Positions 49,841 through 60,596 of a stretch of DNA of 64,000 nt are shown piece by piece (position 1 is the first letter of the stretch; each line of letters starts with the position of its first letter). Under the pieces are notes generated by a model, which ran no database searches, had not been told where the DNA came from, and was given only the letters and a program-made list of their open reading frames with translations. This DNA is from an uncultured delta proteobacterium (GTDB taxonomy: Bacteria; Desulfobacterota; Binatia; Binatales; Binataceae), in contig CAWCDG010000004.1 in NCBI GenBank assembly GCA_963794325.1, positions 1,632,001 to 1,696,000 of the forward strand, in the 5' to 3' direction. A program made the translations under genes and the position numbers.

Positions 49841-51709
49841 GTGGGCATACTCAATCCTGAGCAATTTCATTTACGGTCTCAGCCTCGCGCTGTTGGTGCT
49901 GATTTATTTGCGATCGCGATCGCGCCCGACCATCGAAGTTTCGAGCCTGATGCTCTTCGACGAGGCGCCCGCGCCGGTTGCGGCAGTTCGCCACGTGCGG
50001 ATCGACCCTCTGTTCTGGCTCGAAATGCTGACGCTGACTGCTTTGACGTTCGCGATCGCAGGATTGTACGTGATGCGTCCGCCGTCCGCCGGTCATGGCC
50101 GCAGCCATGCGCTGGTGTTCGATCTGGGCGCCGGGATGAGCGCGCACGAAGGACGCGAGCACGCGAATCGAACAGGCGCGACGCGAAGCGTTGGAAATAA
50201 TCGATCAAGCTCCGGTGGGCGACGAGTTCAGCGTGATTGCATACGCACTCGAAGCTCAGGTGAGGCATCCGCAGACGGCGAACCTCGCCGAGTTGCGCAA
50301 AGCGATAGGCGATCTTGTTCCGATGGCGGTACCTGCGCGCACAGCCGCTCTGAGAGCGGCGCTGATTCGTGCGCATGGCGCGTCGGAAGTCGATTTGTTC
50401 GCCGACCGGCCGCCAGCGCCTGCGATTCTGGCCGACGTTGCCTCGATGCCGCACGTAAATTTTCATCAGGTCGGCTCCGATGACTCGAACCTGGCGATCG
50501 TGTCGCTCGATCCAGGTATCCCGGGATCGACGCGCGGCCGCGCCGTCATTCGCAACTTCTCCGCGCGGCCCCATCCGGCGGAACTCGCGATCGATCTCGG
50601 CGACGCCGAGGAGTTTCATCAGACGATGATGCTCGCGCCGCGCGAACAGGTCGTGACCTCGTTCGGACCACTGAAGACCGGCGGCCTGGTCCACGCGCAA
50701 ATTCTGACTTCCGACGCGATCGACGCCGACAACAGCCGCTACGCGCTTGCGCCATCCGATCTCGCGGCGCGCGTACTGGTGCTGTCGCCGGACGCCTCGG
50801 TGCGCGACGATATTGCGCGCGTGCTGCTTGCGGTCAATGCCAATTTCCAGATCGAGACCGCCGATCCCGCAACCTACGCCGCGCCGGGCGGTTCGAACGT
50901 GAAGGCACTCGATTTGGTCGTGATGCATGACTGTTATGCGCCCGCGATCAAGGCGGCCTCGAAACTCCTTATTTTTCCGCCGCAGGCGATGAAGAACAGA
51001 ATCGGAATTTCCGTCGATGGGACGATTGCGAGCGCCGACATTCGCGGAGACGCGACGGGCGAATCGAACGCGTCCCTGGCGCTCGGCGCGACGCGAATCG
51101 TAGCGGTTCCTGAATGGATGGACCTGATTTCTACCGGAACCGGCGCCGGTCATTCGTGGATTCCGATAGCCGCGATCGGGCGCGCCGCGAGCGGTCCGGT
51201 CGGGGTCCTCGCGTTCGACGTGCGCGATCATCTTCTGCTTGCGCCAGATCATCTCGATGCTTTGGTGCTGACGGTCGATCTGATGAAGCAACTAACCAGC
51301 TCCGCGCGACATTCTGATCGTGAAAACCGGCGCTGATGTGAGCGTGCCCGCGACTGGAACCGCGCGCGTCACTCAGCCCGACGCCAGTGTCCGCTCCGTC
51401 GCCGCCGATAAATGGGGGCGCGTACGAATCCGTCCCTTGCAGGCTGGACGTTACACCGTCGAGTCGGCCGGCGTTACGACGCAAGTGCTCGCCAACTATT
51501 ACGATGCGACCGAGTCCGACCTTGGCGCGAAGCCGCCGGCCGAGGCGAGCGCGCCCACGGGAAGGTCCGCCGCCGCATCGAATCCGCAATCCGTAAAGCA
51601 GGTGCAGCCGCTGGTTTTCCTCCTGATCGCGCTGGCGCTGATCGCTCTGATGATTGAATCTGCGATGCTGATTGGGCACGCCGGCCGCTGGGGGATGCGC
51701 CATGTTTGA
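49841..51709 (+). CDS. BatA/vWA-like membrane protein, broken by three +1 indels (~49858, ~50157, ~51300)
   Basis: Joined frames read MGILNPSNFIYGLSLALLVLIYL..VSSLMLF (BatA), then vWA-like core, then GRYTV..NYYDATESDL and a C-terminal TM. Confidence 0.75.
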
Positions 51710-54287
51710 TCGGCCGCACCTGCTCTGGCTGCTGGTGCTCGCGCCGATTGCCGCGACACCGGGAATTTTCGCGATGCGGAGCGGACTGCGGATGGCAGGC
51801 GCTGCCTCCGCGACGCTGCGCGCGCTGTGCGTCGTCGCTCTGGTTGCGATGCTCGCGGGGTTGCGCATTCCCGGTCGTATCGCCGCGCAAAGCGTCGCGG
51901 TGGTTGCGGTGATGGACGAGTCGCGATCGGTGTCGCCCGATCAGCAGGATTGGATGCATCGGCAGATCGAACAGTTGAAGTCCGCTATGGCGCCGACCGA
52001 TCAGCTTGGGATTATCGGTTTCGGACGTGACGCGCGCCTGCTCGCGCCTTTGACCGATCCTCGGCTGCTGGGTCATTTTGCCAACGGTGTCGACGGCGGC
52101 GCCACCAATATCGCCAGCGCTCTGACCGCGGCGGAGAGCTTATTTGCGCCGGAGGCCGACAAGCGAATCGTGCTGCTGAGTGACGGCAACGAAACCGAGG
52201 ACTCCGCATTGGCCGAGGTTCCCGCGATGCTCGAGGACGGCGTGCGGATTTTCGCCGCCGCGCCGCCGCCGTCGGCGACCGAGCGAATCGCAGTCACCAA
52301 TTTTTATTCCCCGGACGCGGTCCGCGCCGATCAGCGCTTTGCATTCAGGATCGACGTTGAAAGCGAATCGCAGTCGCCGGTTGCTGCAAATCTCAAGCTC
52401 TATCGCGACGACACCGCCGTCGGCGGCGAGTCGATCAAGCTGAAGCCGGGGCTGAACCGCTTCGAACTGCCGTATCGCCTCGATAGCGCCGGCGCGTACC
52501 TGATGAGCGCCGAAGTCTCGATTGCGCCGCCGCGCATCGCGCTGAATCCACGGGTCGAGGCCCCGATTTCGGTGACCGGTGCGCCGCGGATTCTGATCGT
52601 TTCGAATTCGCTCCCGGAAAGCCTCGTGACAGCGCTGAAGATGCGCAAGTACCAGATCGATTTCGTGTCGCCGAGGAGTCTGAGCGAGCATCCGGTGGAC
52701 TACCTGCCGTATCAGCTCCTGATCCTCGACGACGTGCCCGCCGGATCGGTTACCTCAGCGGCGCAGCATGCGCTCAATCGCTACGTCGCCGACTATGGCG
52801 GCGGATTGGTCGCGACCGGCGACACGCTGCGCGAGGCGAGCCTGGCCGGTGGCGATCTGGAAAAGGCGCTGCCGGTGAAGTTCGTGACGCAGCCGCCGCC
52901 GCCGTCGCGCGAGCCGATCGCCGTCTATCTATGCATCGATCGTTCGAACTCGATGAGTTACGACTCGCGCTATCCCGCCGTGCGCGACGGCGAGCGGATT
53001 CGCTATGCCAAGGAAGCCGCGATCGCACTGCTGCGCCAGCTTGACGATACTGACATGGCCGGCGTGATCGCGTTCGATTCGCAGCCGTACGTCCTCGCGC
53101 ATCTGCAGCCGCTCGGCGAGGATCGCGGCGAGCTCGAAAACCGCATCGACCGCCTGCAACCGGGCGGCGGCACCGACTTCAAGGACGCGCTCGAAATCGC
53201 CGAGCGCGAGATTCTGCAAAGCGGCATCCCGGTGCGCCAGGTGATTCTGCTGACCGACGGCGACACCAACCGCCAGTATCACGACCACGACGATTTGATT
53301 GCCGAGTTTGCGCGCCAGCACATCCCGGTCTCGACCATCCGCATCGGCCCCGACCTCGCCAACCTCGAACTGCTGCAGGACTTCGCGCAGGCGACCGGCG
53401 GAATCTTCTATCGCGTGCAGGATATCGAGAAGCTGCCGTTGCTGCTGGTCGGCCTGACGCGCGAGGCGATGAACCGGCGCAAATCCGATCGGACCACGGT
53501 CGAGGCCGGCGAGGCGTCCGCGATGCTCTCCGGCATCGGCATCAAGGATATACCGCCGATCGATTTTTTCGCCGCGACCGAGGCCAAGGACGGTGCGCAA
53601 GTCATGTTGAAGGTCACGCGCGCCGACAAAGCCGCTCCGCTGCTCGCGTCGTGGCAATACGGACTCGGCCGCGCGGCGATTTTTGCCGGCGATCCCGATT
53701 CGCTCGCGACACTGAGCTGGATTCGATGGAACCGCTACGCTGAATTCTGGTCGCAGCTCGCGAACTGGACGATGCGTCAGGGCGACTCCGGGCTGTTCAC
53801 GCTGCGCGTGCACGGCGTGCCCGACGGGTCGATCATGCTCGAGGCCGAAAAAGCCGATCCCAATCCGGTGAGCAATCTGGTCTGCCGAATCACCGGATCA
53901 GGCCGCGCGATCGACGTTGCGATGACCGAAGCAGACGCTTCCATTTACCGAGGCGAAGTCGGTCCGCTGCCACGCGGCAAGTACGCCGCCACGCTGATGT
54001 TCAAGGCGGGTGATTCGGAAAAAGTCCTCGAGCAGCGCGAATTCGCAACCGCCGGATCGATTCCGGCCGACAGCGCCGAGCTGCGCATCAAGCCGCCCAA
54101 TCTCGAATTGCTGCGACGCCTTTCGAGTGCGACTCACGGCAGTTTCGACGCGACGTCCGCGACCATTGCCCGCCACACCGGTCAAACCGTGGCATTCCGC
54201 CGCAGCGCCGATCCATGGCTGATTCCGCTTGTAATCATGCTGTTCCTGGGAGAAGTTTTCGTGCGACGCCGCTATCTGGGCGACTGA
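51702..54287 (+). CDS. Double vWA domain membrane protein with glutamine amidotransferase-like domain
   Basis: MIDAS motifs DESRS and DRSNS, LLSDG, LLTDG, WQYGLGR, C-terminal TM EVFVRR. Confidence 0.9.
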   Translation: MFDRPHLLWLLVLAPIAATPGIFAMRSGLRMAGAASATLRALCVVALVAMLAGLRIPGRIAAQSVAVVAVMDESRSVSPDQQDWMHRQIEQLKSAMAPTDQLGIIGFGRDARLLAPLTDPRLLGHFANGVDGGATNIASALTAAESLFAPEADKRIVLLSDGNETEDSALAEVPAMLEDGVRIFAAAPPPSATERIAVTNFYSPDAVRADQRFAFRIDVESESQSPVAANLKLYRDDTAVGGESIKLKPGLNRFELPYRLDSAGAYLMSAEVSIAPPRIALNPRVEAPISVTGAPRILIVSNSLPESLVTALKMRKYQIDFVSPRSLSEHPVDYLPYQLLILDDVPAGSVTSAAQHALNRYVADYGGGLVATGDTLREASLAGGDLEKALPVKFVTQPPPPSREPIAVYLCIDRSNSMSYDSRYPAVRDGERIRYAKEAAIALLRQLDDTDMAGVIAFDSQPYVLAHLQPLGEDRGELENRIDRLQPGGGTDFKDALEIAEREILQSGIPVRQVILLTDGDTNRQYHDHDDLIAEFARQHIPVSTIRIGPDLANLELLQDFAQATGGIFYRVQDIEKLPLLLVGLTREAMNRRKSDRTTVEAGEASAMLSGIGIKDIPPIDFFAATEAKDGAQVMLKVTRADKAAPLLASWQYGLGRAAIFAGDPDSLATLSWIRWNRYAEFWSQLANWTMRQGDSGLFTLRVHGVPDGSIMLEAEKADPNPVSNLVCRITGSGRAIDVAMTEADASIYRGEVGPLPRGKYAATLMFKAGDSEKVLEQREFATAGSIPADSAELRIKPPNLELLRRLSSATHGSFDATSATIARHTGQTVAFRRSADPWLIPLVIMLFLGEVFVRRRYLGD

Positions 54288-54310
54288 GTTCGCTGTCCCG
54301 GCGACTTCCG

Positions 54311-54871
54311 ATGGAGCAGCTGATGAAAATTTCCGCCGCCAATCTTCCTCATCTGATCGCCGGTGCCGCAATCCTTGCAGCCATCGCCGCTCCCGCGATT
54401 GCCGCCACCTCGCCGCGCGACACCAAGGCTCTCGCCCAAGCCACTTACATCTATATTGCGACGGTTCGCAAAGACGGCAACCAGAGCAAAGCCGTGCCCG
54501 TCTGGTTCATCACGACCGCCGACAACCAGGTGCTCATCGAAACTTCGCCGACCAGTTGGAAGGCCAAGCGAATCAAGCGCGGCAGCCCCGCGATGATTTG
54601 GATCGGCGCGCGGACCGGCCCGGCGTTCATCGGCAACGCGGAAATCGTCACGGATACGAAGCTGCAGGACCAGGTGATCGCCGAGTATCCAAAGAAATAC
54701 CTGCTCGCGCGAATCGGCTTCGCACGTCCGTCTCGCGCAAAGCTCGACCGAGGCCAAATCGTCGTGATTCGAATTTCGCCGACGCGCGATTTGCCCGACG
54801 GATTTCAGTCCGCGCCCGGCACTCGCGCCCCCGCTCTCGACGAGAAGCCAAAGCCCGCCAGCGCCCAATAG
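54311..54871 (+). CDS. Pyridoxamine 5'-phosphate oxidase-like split-barrel protein with signal-like N-terminus
   Basis: IATVRKDG..VPVWF, SWKAKRIKR, KY motif. Confidence 0.75.
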   Translation: MEQLMKISAANLPHLIAGAAILAAIAAPAIAATSPRDTKALAQATYIYIATVRKDGNQSKAVPVWFITTADNQVLIETSPTSWKAKRIKRGSPAMIWIGARTGPAFIGNAEIVTDTKLQDQVIAEYPKKYLLARIGFARPSRAKLDRGQIVVIRISPTRDLPDGFQSAPGTRAPALDEKPKPASAQ

Positions 54872-54916
54872 AACGCATCTTGAAATTGGTCTGCCATTAG
54901 GCCAGCATCCCGACCC

Positions 54917-55861
54917 ATGCGTCTAGTCAGATTGGCAATGGCTTTGGTCGCCACCGCGCTGCTGTTCAGCACCAACTGCTTGGCGAGCGACTTCTTTTCG
55001 CTGCGCGATCCGGGCGCCGATTTGCTCACGCCCGCGCCGCATCAAATCGACATAGAGGCCGACGACGCCTACATGTTCACGGTAGGCTCCAATACCCTGC
55101 GACGTCGCATCAATTCTTTTCCCGACAGCGCAATCAGCCTGCAGCACGACCTCGGCGTCTCGCAGTTGCAGTTGACCGAGACGTTGCTCAGCTTTTGGTT
55201 CGACAGAGTCAATGCGGTCCAGTTCCAGTTCCGGTACTACGGCATCTACGGCAGCAAATTTGAAACACAGCCGCTGGCGTTTGGCGGGACGTTCCTCTCG
55301 CCGAATCAAAAGCTCAACCCCGGCGGCACGCGCTGGTACACGTTCGGCGGATACTACGAGCGTCGCCTGACGCCGCTATATGAAAACTGCGAAGCGGGAT
55401 TGCCGCAGTTTCTACAGGGATGGGACTCGCGCGCAAAGGTCGGCCTCGAATTCACGTACAACGATTTTCGAATCAACGACGGTACTCCGTTGTTCAGCCA
55501 GCGGTCGCCCTACGAAGCGCGAATCCGGTTTCATGAAAAAGGATTGCCGATACCCGTCATCGGCATCGAGGAGCGTCACTGGCTGGGAGACAATTTCGCG
55601 GTCGAGATAACCGCGCAGGGCTACTGGATCAACAAGTGGAACAGTGGGCGCAGCGAGGGCGGTTCGACGGTGTACGACTCGCAGTCCGGCTTCGAGACTC
55701 ATTGGCGCGTGGTTTACGCGAACCCCGGCTGGCGTGGTTTCTCGCCGTTCGCGGGATTTAACTACAACTACTCGAAGTACACGCAGACTGGATCAGGCGT
55801 CGGCAATCTACTGCGCGTGCAGTTATACGGTCCCGAAGTCGGCTTCAACTGGAGTATCTGA
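54917..55861 (+). CDS. Putative outer-membrane beta-barrel protein
   Basis: Signal peptide, ISLQHDLG, PIPVIG, C-terminal YGPEVGFNWSI. Confidence 0.68.
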   Translation: MRLVRLAMALVATALLFSTNCLASDFFSLRDPGADLLTPAPHQIDIEADDAYMFTVGSNTLRRRINSFPDSAISLQHDLGVSQLQLTETLLSFWFDRVNAVQFQFRYYGIYGSKFETQPLAFGGTFLSPNQKLNPGGTRWYTFGGYYERRLTPLYENCEAGLPQFLQGWDSRAKVGLEFTYNDFRINDGTPLFSQRSPYEARIRFHEKGLPIPVIGIEERHWLGDNFAVEITAQGYWINKWNSGRSEGGSTVYDSQSGFETHWRVVYANPGWRGFSPFAGFNYNYSKYTQTGSGVGNLLRVQLYGPEVGFNWSI

Positions 55862-55918
55862 TCTTCGGACTCAAATAGTCGCTAGCTTCAAGCGCGCCGC
55901 GGAGTAAGAATCGGTATC

Positions 55919-56317
55919 GTGCCAAGAGACTCTGCATCTGCGCTGATCAAATGCGCGCTGAACTGCCGATGCCCGGTGTGCCGCAATGGCGCGATCTTCC
56001 AGTCGCACTTTAAAATGAATCGCGAATGCCCGCGATGCCACGTCGTGTTCTGGAAGGATCCCGGCGAAACGCTCGGCGCGATGTATCTCGACTTCGCGGT
56101 GGCGGCCGGCTCATTCCTGATCTGCTGGGCGATTCTAGCCTTCGCCACGCACCTCTCTGACGCCGTCGAGATTTTCATTTTGTGCACCGTCGCATGCGGC
56201 ACCGTCCTGCTCTGCTACCCGCTGACCCGCAGCGGATGGACCGTGCTGGTCTATCTTTCAGGCGGGATCGAGCGCCCGCGCCTCCGCACAATCCAGGGCG
56301 GCAAAAAGTCCGCCTGA
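55919..56317 (+). CDS. DUF983 family protein
   Basis: RCPVCRNGAIF...CPRC zinc ribbon followed by two TM helices. Confidence 0.82.
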   Translation: MPRDSASALIKCALNCRCPVCRNGAIFQSHFKMNRECPRCHVVFWKDPGETLGAMYLDFAVAAGSFLICWAILAFATHLSDAVEIFILCTVACGTVLLCYPLTRSGWTVLVYLSGGIERPRLRTIQGGKKSA

Positions 56318-56336
56318 AAGTTCTCTTTGTCTTTAC

Positions 56337-56364
56337 TCCGGTTCCCCTTCCCGCGCGGGAAAGG
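56337..56364 (-). repeat. REP-like family A copy 4 (tail missing)
   Basis: TCCGGTTCCCCTTCCCGCGCGGGAAAGG, abutting the truncated IS3. Confidence 0.8.
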
Positions 56365-56373
56365 TCTTTCTGT

Positions 56374-57151
56374 TCCTGTCCACAGATAGGTGATGTCGCT
56401 GACCCAGCCGGCGTTGGGCGCGCTCATGGCGAAACGCCGCGCCAGCAGATTACCTTTAATCGCCATTGCGTGTTTGGAGTCGGTGGTGCAGCGAAAGCGC
56501 CGGCGCACCCGCGCGCGCAGCCCCGCCGTTCGCATCAGGCGCGCCACCCGCTTGCGCGCGCAACGCTGCCCGCGCTGGTGCAACTCCGCATGCACCCGCG
56601 GACTGCCGTAGCGGCCGCGGCTCTCGGCGTGGATCGCGGCCACCTCCAACGCCAGGCGCTGGTCCTGGCGCCGACGCTCAGCCGCCGGCCGTTTGCGCCA
56701 GGCGTAGTAGCCCGAGCGCGAGACGTGCAGCACCCGGCACATCAGCGCCACCGGGTAGCAGGCCTTCTCCGTCGCGATGAAAGAGAATCTCACTGGTTCT
56801 CCTTGGCGAAGAAGGCCGTCGCTTTTTTTAGGATTTCGCGCTCCATCCGCAACCGCTGGTTCTCGCGCCTGAGCTCCGCCAGCTCTTCGCGCTCGCTGCG
56901 CTTGAGCGCGCCGGCGGGCCCCCGGCCGGCCTCTACTTCGGCCTGCTCCACCCATCGCCGCAAGGCGGTCTCTCCGATCCCCAGCTCCAGCGCCAGCTGC
57001 CCGATGCTCTTGCCGCTGCTTTGGATCAACGCACCGTCTCGGCCTTGTACTGGTCCGAGAACTTCCTCCGCTTCCGTTCCTGCTCCATCGTCCACTCCTC
57101 CGCGCGTACTTTCGCGCTTTTCGGAGTGTCCATCAAACCGGGTCAAGTCCA
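56374..57151 (-). mobile_element. IS3 family insertion sequence remnant (left end, orfA 57088-56790, truncated orfB from 56793)
   Basis: Starts 5'-TGGACTTGACCCGGTTTGATGGACA; orfA ends LRMEREILKKATAFFA; A7G slippery site 56822-56829; orfB has VSRSGYY, YGSPR, WVSDITY then stops; no right end. Confidence 0.92.
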
Positions 57152-57194
57152 TCCGGTTCCCCTTCCCTCGAGGGAAGGGGTTAGGGGTTAGGTT
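57152..57194 (-). repeat. REP-like family A copy 5
   Basis: Directly abuts the IS3 left end; exact reverse complement of copy 6. Confidence 0.9.
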
Positions 57195-58375
57195 CTTCGC
57201 AGCCGAGCCGCCAACTTTTCCTGCAAATGGCCGAGTCGTTCGGCAGCCGCCGCAATCGTCTCGTCGCTCTTCGAAAACGTGAATCGAATCTTCCGATGCC
57301 CCAGTTCCGCGCGATGATAGAAGCTTGAACCGGGTACCGCTGCGACGCCAACTTCATCGAGCAGAAAGTCCGCCGCCGCGAAGTCGTCCTTGAATCCCAT
57401 CCCGCCAATCTCGGCCACGATGTAATACGCGCCATCAGGATTGCTGCATTGCAGACCCGCCCGGGTGAGCGCCGCGTAAAGCGCCCCGCGTTTGCGCTCG
57501 TACATCGCAGTCAATTCTACATAGAACGACTCCGGCAGCCTGAGCGCGACCGCCCCTGCCTCCTGCAGCGGATGCGGCGCGCCGACCGTCAGGAAGTCAT
57601 GCACCTTGCGAATCGCCGCGGTCAGCCTCTCGCTGGCGATTGCGTATGCCAGCCGCCATCCCGTAATCGAGTAAGTCTTCGACAGCCCGCTAATCGTGAT
57701 CGTCCGATCCGCCATCCCGGGAAGGCTCGCAATCGAGATGTGACGTGCACCGCCGTAAATTATGTGCTCGTAAATCTCGTCGGTGATCGCAAGCGTGTCA
57801 TGCCGTACGCATAGCGCGGCGATCGCCTCGAGCTCCGCGCGGGTGAACACCTTGCCGCTCGGATTGTGCGGAGTGTTGATTACGATCGCCTTGGTGCGCG
57901 GGCCGAACGCGGCTTCGAGCTCGGCGCGGTCGATCGAGAAGTCAGGGTCGCGTAGCGCCACGTAGCGCGGCGTGGCGCCGGCCAGAATCACGTCAGGGCC
58001 GTAGTTCTCGTAGAACGGCTCGAAGATGATTACCTCGTCGCCGGGGTTGATCACCGCCAGCATCGCCGCGATCATCGCCTCGGTCGCGCCGCAGGTTACC
58101 GTGATATTGCGGTCGGGGTCGCACGCGATGCCGTTGTAGCTGCGAACCTTGTCCGCGATTGCGCGCCGGAAATTCGGTGAGCCGTGCGTGATCGCGTACT
58201 GGTTGTATTCTTCGTCGATCGCGCGCTTGGCCGCTTCCTTGATTGCGGCCGGCGCCGCAAAGTCGGGAAATCCCTGCGCCAGGTTCACTGCCCCGCATTT
58301 CAACGCCCGCCGCGTCATCTCGCGGATTACGGACTCGGTGAACAGGCGTGTCTTGGAGGAAATATCAGTCGGCAT
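57188..58375 (-). CDS. PLP-dependent aminotransferase class I/II (YbdL-like)
   Basis: NLAQGFPDF, NTPHNPSG, DEIY, SKTYSITGWRL. Confidence 0.94.
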   Translation of the reverse strand: MPTDISSKTRLFTESVIREMTRRALKCGAVNLAQGFPDFAAPAAIKEAAKRAIDEEYNQYAITHGSPNFRRAIADKVRSYNGIACDPDRNITVTCGATEAMIAAMLAVINPGDEVIIFEPFYENYGPDVILAGATPRYVALRDPDFSIDRAELEAAFGPRTKAIVINTPHNPSGKVFTRAELEAIAALCVRHDTLAITDEIYEHIIYGGARHISIASLPGMADRTITISGLSKTYSITGWRLAYAIASERLTAAIRKVHDFLTVGAPHPLQEAGAVALRLPESFYVELTAMYERKRGALYAALTRAGLQCSNPDGAYYIVAEIGGMGFKDDFAAADFLLDEVGVAAVPGSSFYHRAELGHRKIRFTFSKSDETIAAAAERLGHLQEKLAARLRRT

Positions 58376-58578
58376 GGCTCGATCGCGATTACCGCGCGAA
58401 GTCGCAGTCTAGCTGCGCGCCAGTATGCGCGACAACTTGCTCGATTTGAGGGGTGCCTTAAACGAAAAAATAACTGAAGATTTTACCGAGTTGACTTCGG
58501 CGACCGGTCGAGTCAGTGGAATTGTCAGTCGATCCTGAAAATCGTCGGGAGTGCTCCGCCGATTTTCAAGGCCGGCGA

Positions 58579-58782
58579 CTAATCCACCACTTCCTCTTCC
58601 AGTACGCCGGGTCCCTGCCGCAATCGCCACTCGTCGATTACCTCTACATTGAAGCGCCAGTCGCTGCCGATTTTGAAACCGGGCAACTGTCCCTTCTTGA
58701 GCAGGCGGTAGATCGTCGAGCGATGTACTCGCAGGTACTCGGCTAACTCATTCACCGTCAGGACTTTCGTCGAGGATGCCAT
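58579..58782 (-). CDS. Excisionase-like helix-turn-helix (HTH_17/BldC-like) DNA-binding protein
   Basis: VLTVNELAEYLRVHRSTIYRLLKKGQLPGFKIGSDWRF; GAGG SD upstream. Confidence 0.92.
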   Translation of the reverse strand: MASSTKVLTVNELAEYLRVHRSTIYRLLKKGQLPGFKIGSDWRFNVEVIDEWRLRQGPGVLEEEVVD

Positions 58783-59029
58783 TCGTTCACTTCCTCTTTA
58801 ATGCGCCTACCCATTCTTAGGCTGGCAAACAGACTATCATAAAACCTGAACTACGCTATAGACCCTCTTATTGGACTATTTCCCGTGCAACGTCAAGTCT
58901 TATTGGGGTATGCCTCGCGATATTGTGCTATTCACAACTCAATCGGGGTTGTTTCTGTGCCTTGCGAACTTCCTCCGTAATCACATCATTCGCTGCGCTT
59001 CGTGAACTTTACCTGACGAGAAGCAAAAT

Positions 59030-60490
59030 TTAACCGAACAATCGAATTGCCGCCTCCCTCAACTCAGCGCGATGGTCCGGATGTGCTATCGAGATCAGTT
59101 CGGCGGCGCGCTCGCGATGGTTCTTGCCGAGCAACCGCGCGATTCCGTACTCCGTCACGACAGTATCGGCGAAATAGCGGGGTATCGTGACCAGCGAACC
59201 CGCTTCGAACTGCGGCACGATACGCGAAATCGCACCGCCGACCGCCGTCGATTGCAGCAAGGTGATCGCGCGTCCGCCCGGGCTAAGAAACGCACCGATA
59301 TGAGTCTCCGGCTGCCCGCCGGTCCCGTTCATCATCCGCGCCCCCAGCAGGCTCTCGGAGTTAATCTGCCCGGTCAGATCGATTGCGATCGCATTGTTGA
59401 TCGAGGTCTGCCGGTAATTCGCAGCCAGCGTCGCCAGCTTGAGGGTGTATTCCGGATCGTAGAGTTCGAACGCCGGATTGTCATCGATTATCCGCAAATC
59501 GTCGGGATCAGATCCCGACCATGCGACCGCCACCGCCTTGCCGCGATGGATCGTTTTGCGCCGTCCGTTGATTATCCCCGCGTCCACCAGCCGCGCGATC
59601 CCCGGCGCGCACATCTCGGTATGCAGGCCCAGGTCGTGCTTGCCGTCGAACGCGCCCATCCGCGGCATCTGCGAGCTGGGATCGCCGACTCCGATCTGAA
59701 TCGTCACGCCGTCATCGACAAGCTCGCTCAGGTATCCAGCCACCGCCTTGAACTCGACGGGCGGCGGCGTGATACCGAGGAGCACGCGCAAATCCGCAAG
59801 CGCGACACGCTGCAAATATTGGACGAGCGGCCAGATACGCTCGACGCCGACCTCGGCGATTATCGATCGGATGCCTTCGCGCTTATCGGCGTCCATCGTG
59901 GCGAGCGACGCCTCGATCACCGCCAGGTCCGGCGGTGGCGGAGTTCCATCGACGAAATACTCGAACTCCGAGACGTGCATATACACGTCGCCGTAAGTGC
60001 GCGTCATGGTCGCATCGACTTCCGCGATCGCGTGACGTGCGCGCCGCGCATACATCCGCTTGTTCCACTGATGTGGCCCGAAACTGACGAATCCCTTTGC
60101 GTTGGGAGTGGTGACGCTGACGAAAGTGAAATCGATCGGCTTGTCTTCGGCCGGCCGCTCATCATGCGGTTTGAAGCCGGCCGAAAATAAATTCGGCAGG
60201 TAGGTCGCCTGCTGCCGGTCGTGCGCCGGACGTCCCACGTTGCCGATGAACAACTCGAACTCGATCCTGAACCGATGCGCGACGTCTCCGCCCAGCCATC
60301 CCGGATCGATCAATGGCGACGACATCCGGAGATCCACCACGCCATCGAGATGCTTGCCGCGCGCCGCCAGCGCGCGCTGCATCACGGTCCCCGAGGCGAA
60401 CGGAAAACTCACCCGCATCCCCGGCTTCACCATGGCGGCCGCTTGATCGGCTGAAATCGTGCGCGATCGATAATGCTCCTGCCAGTTCAT
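59030..60490 (-). CDS. Acetyl-CoA hydrolase/4-hydroxybutyrate CoA-transferase family
   Basis: TIQIGVG, LGLHTEM, SINNAIAIDLTGQ, GTGGQ, VVTEYG, IAHPDHR. Confidence 0.92.
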   Translation of the reverse strand: MNWQEHYRSRTISADQAAAMVKPGMRVSFPFASGTVMQRALAARGKHLDGVVDLRMSSPLIDPGWLGGDVAHRFRIEFELFIGNVGRPAHDRQQATYLPNLFSAGFKPHDERPAEDKPIDFTFVSVTTPNAKGFVSFGPHQWNKRMYARRARHAIAEVDATMTRTYGDVYMHVSEFEYFVDGTPPPPDLAVIEASLATMDADKREGIRSIIAEVGVERIWPLVQYLQRVALADLRVLLGITPPPVEFKAVAGYLSELVDDGVTIQIGVGDPSSQMPRMGAFDGKHDLGLHTEMCAPGIARLVDAGIINGRRKTIHRGKAVAVAWSGSDPDDLRIIDDNPAFELYDPEYTLKLATLAANYRQTSINNAIAIDLTGQINSESLLGARMMNGTGGQPETHIGAFLSPGGRAITLLQSTAVGGAISRIVPQFEAGSLVTIPRYFADTVVTEYGIARLLGKNHRERAAELISIAHPDHRAELREAAIRLFG

Positions 60491-60596
60491 TTCCGCGCTC
60501 CCTCGTGGCAAACAGGATCGTTGAGCCGCCACAATGGCCCAAGTCGCCAACGCTGGCAAACTTGTCCGCCCCGACCCGAGCGGTTAGCTTTCGAGC

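Noticed and set aside
58579-58782. Excisionase marking a prophage
   Set aside because: No integrase, att site or phage genes around it; neighbours are metabolic
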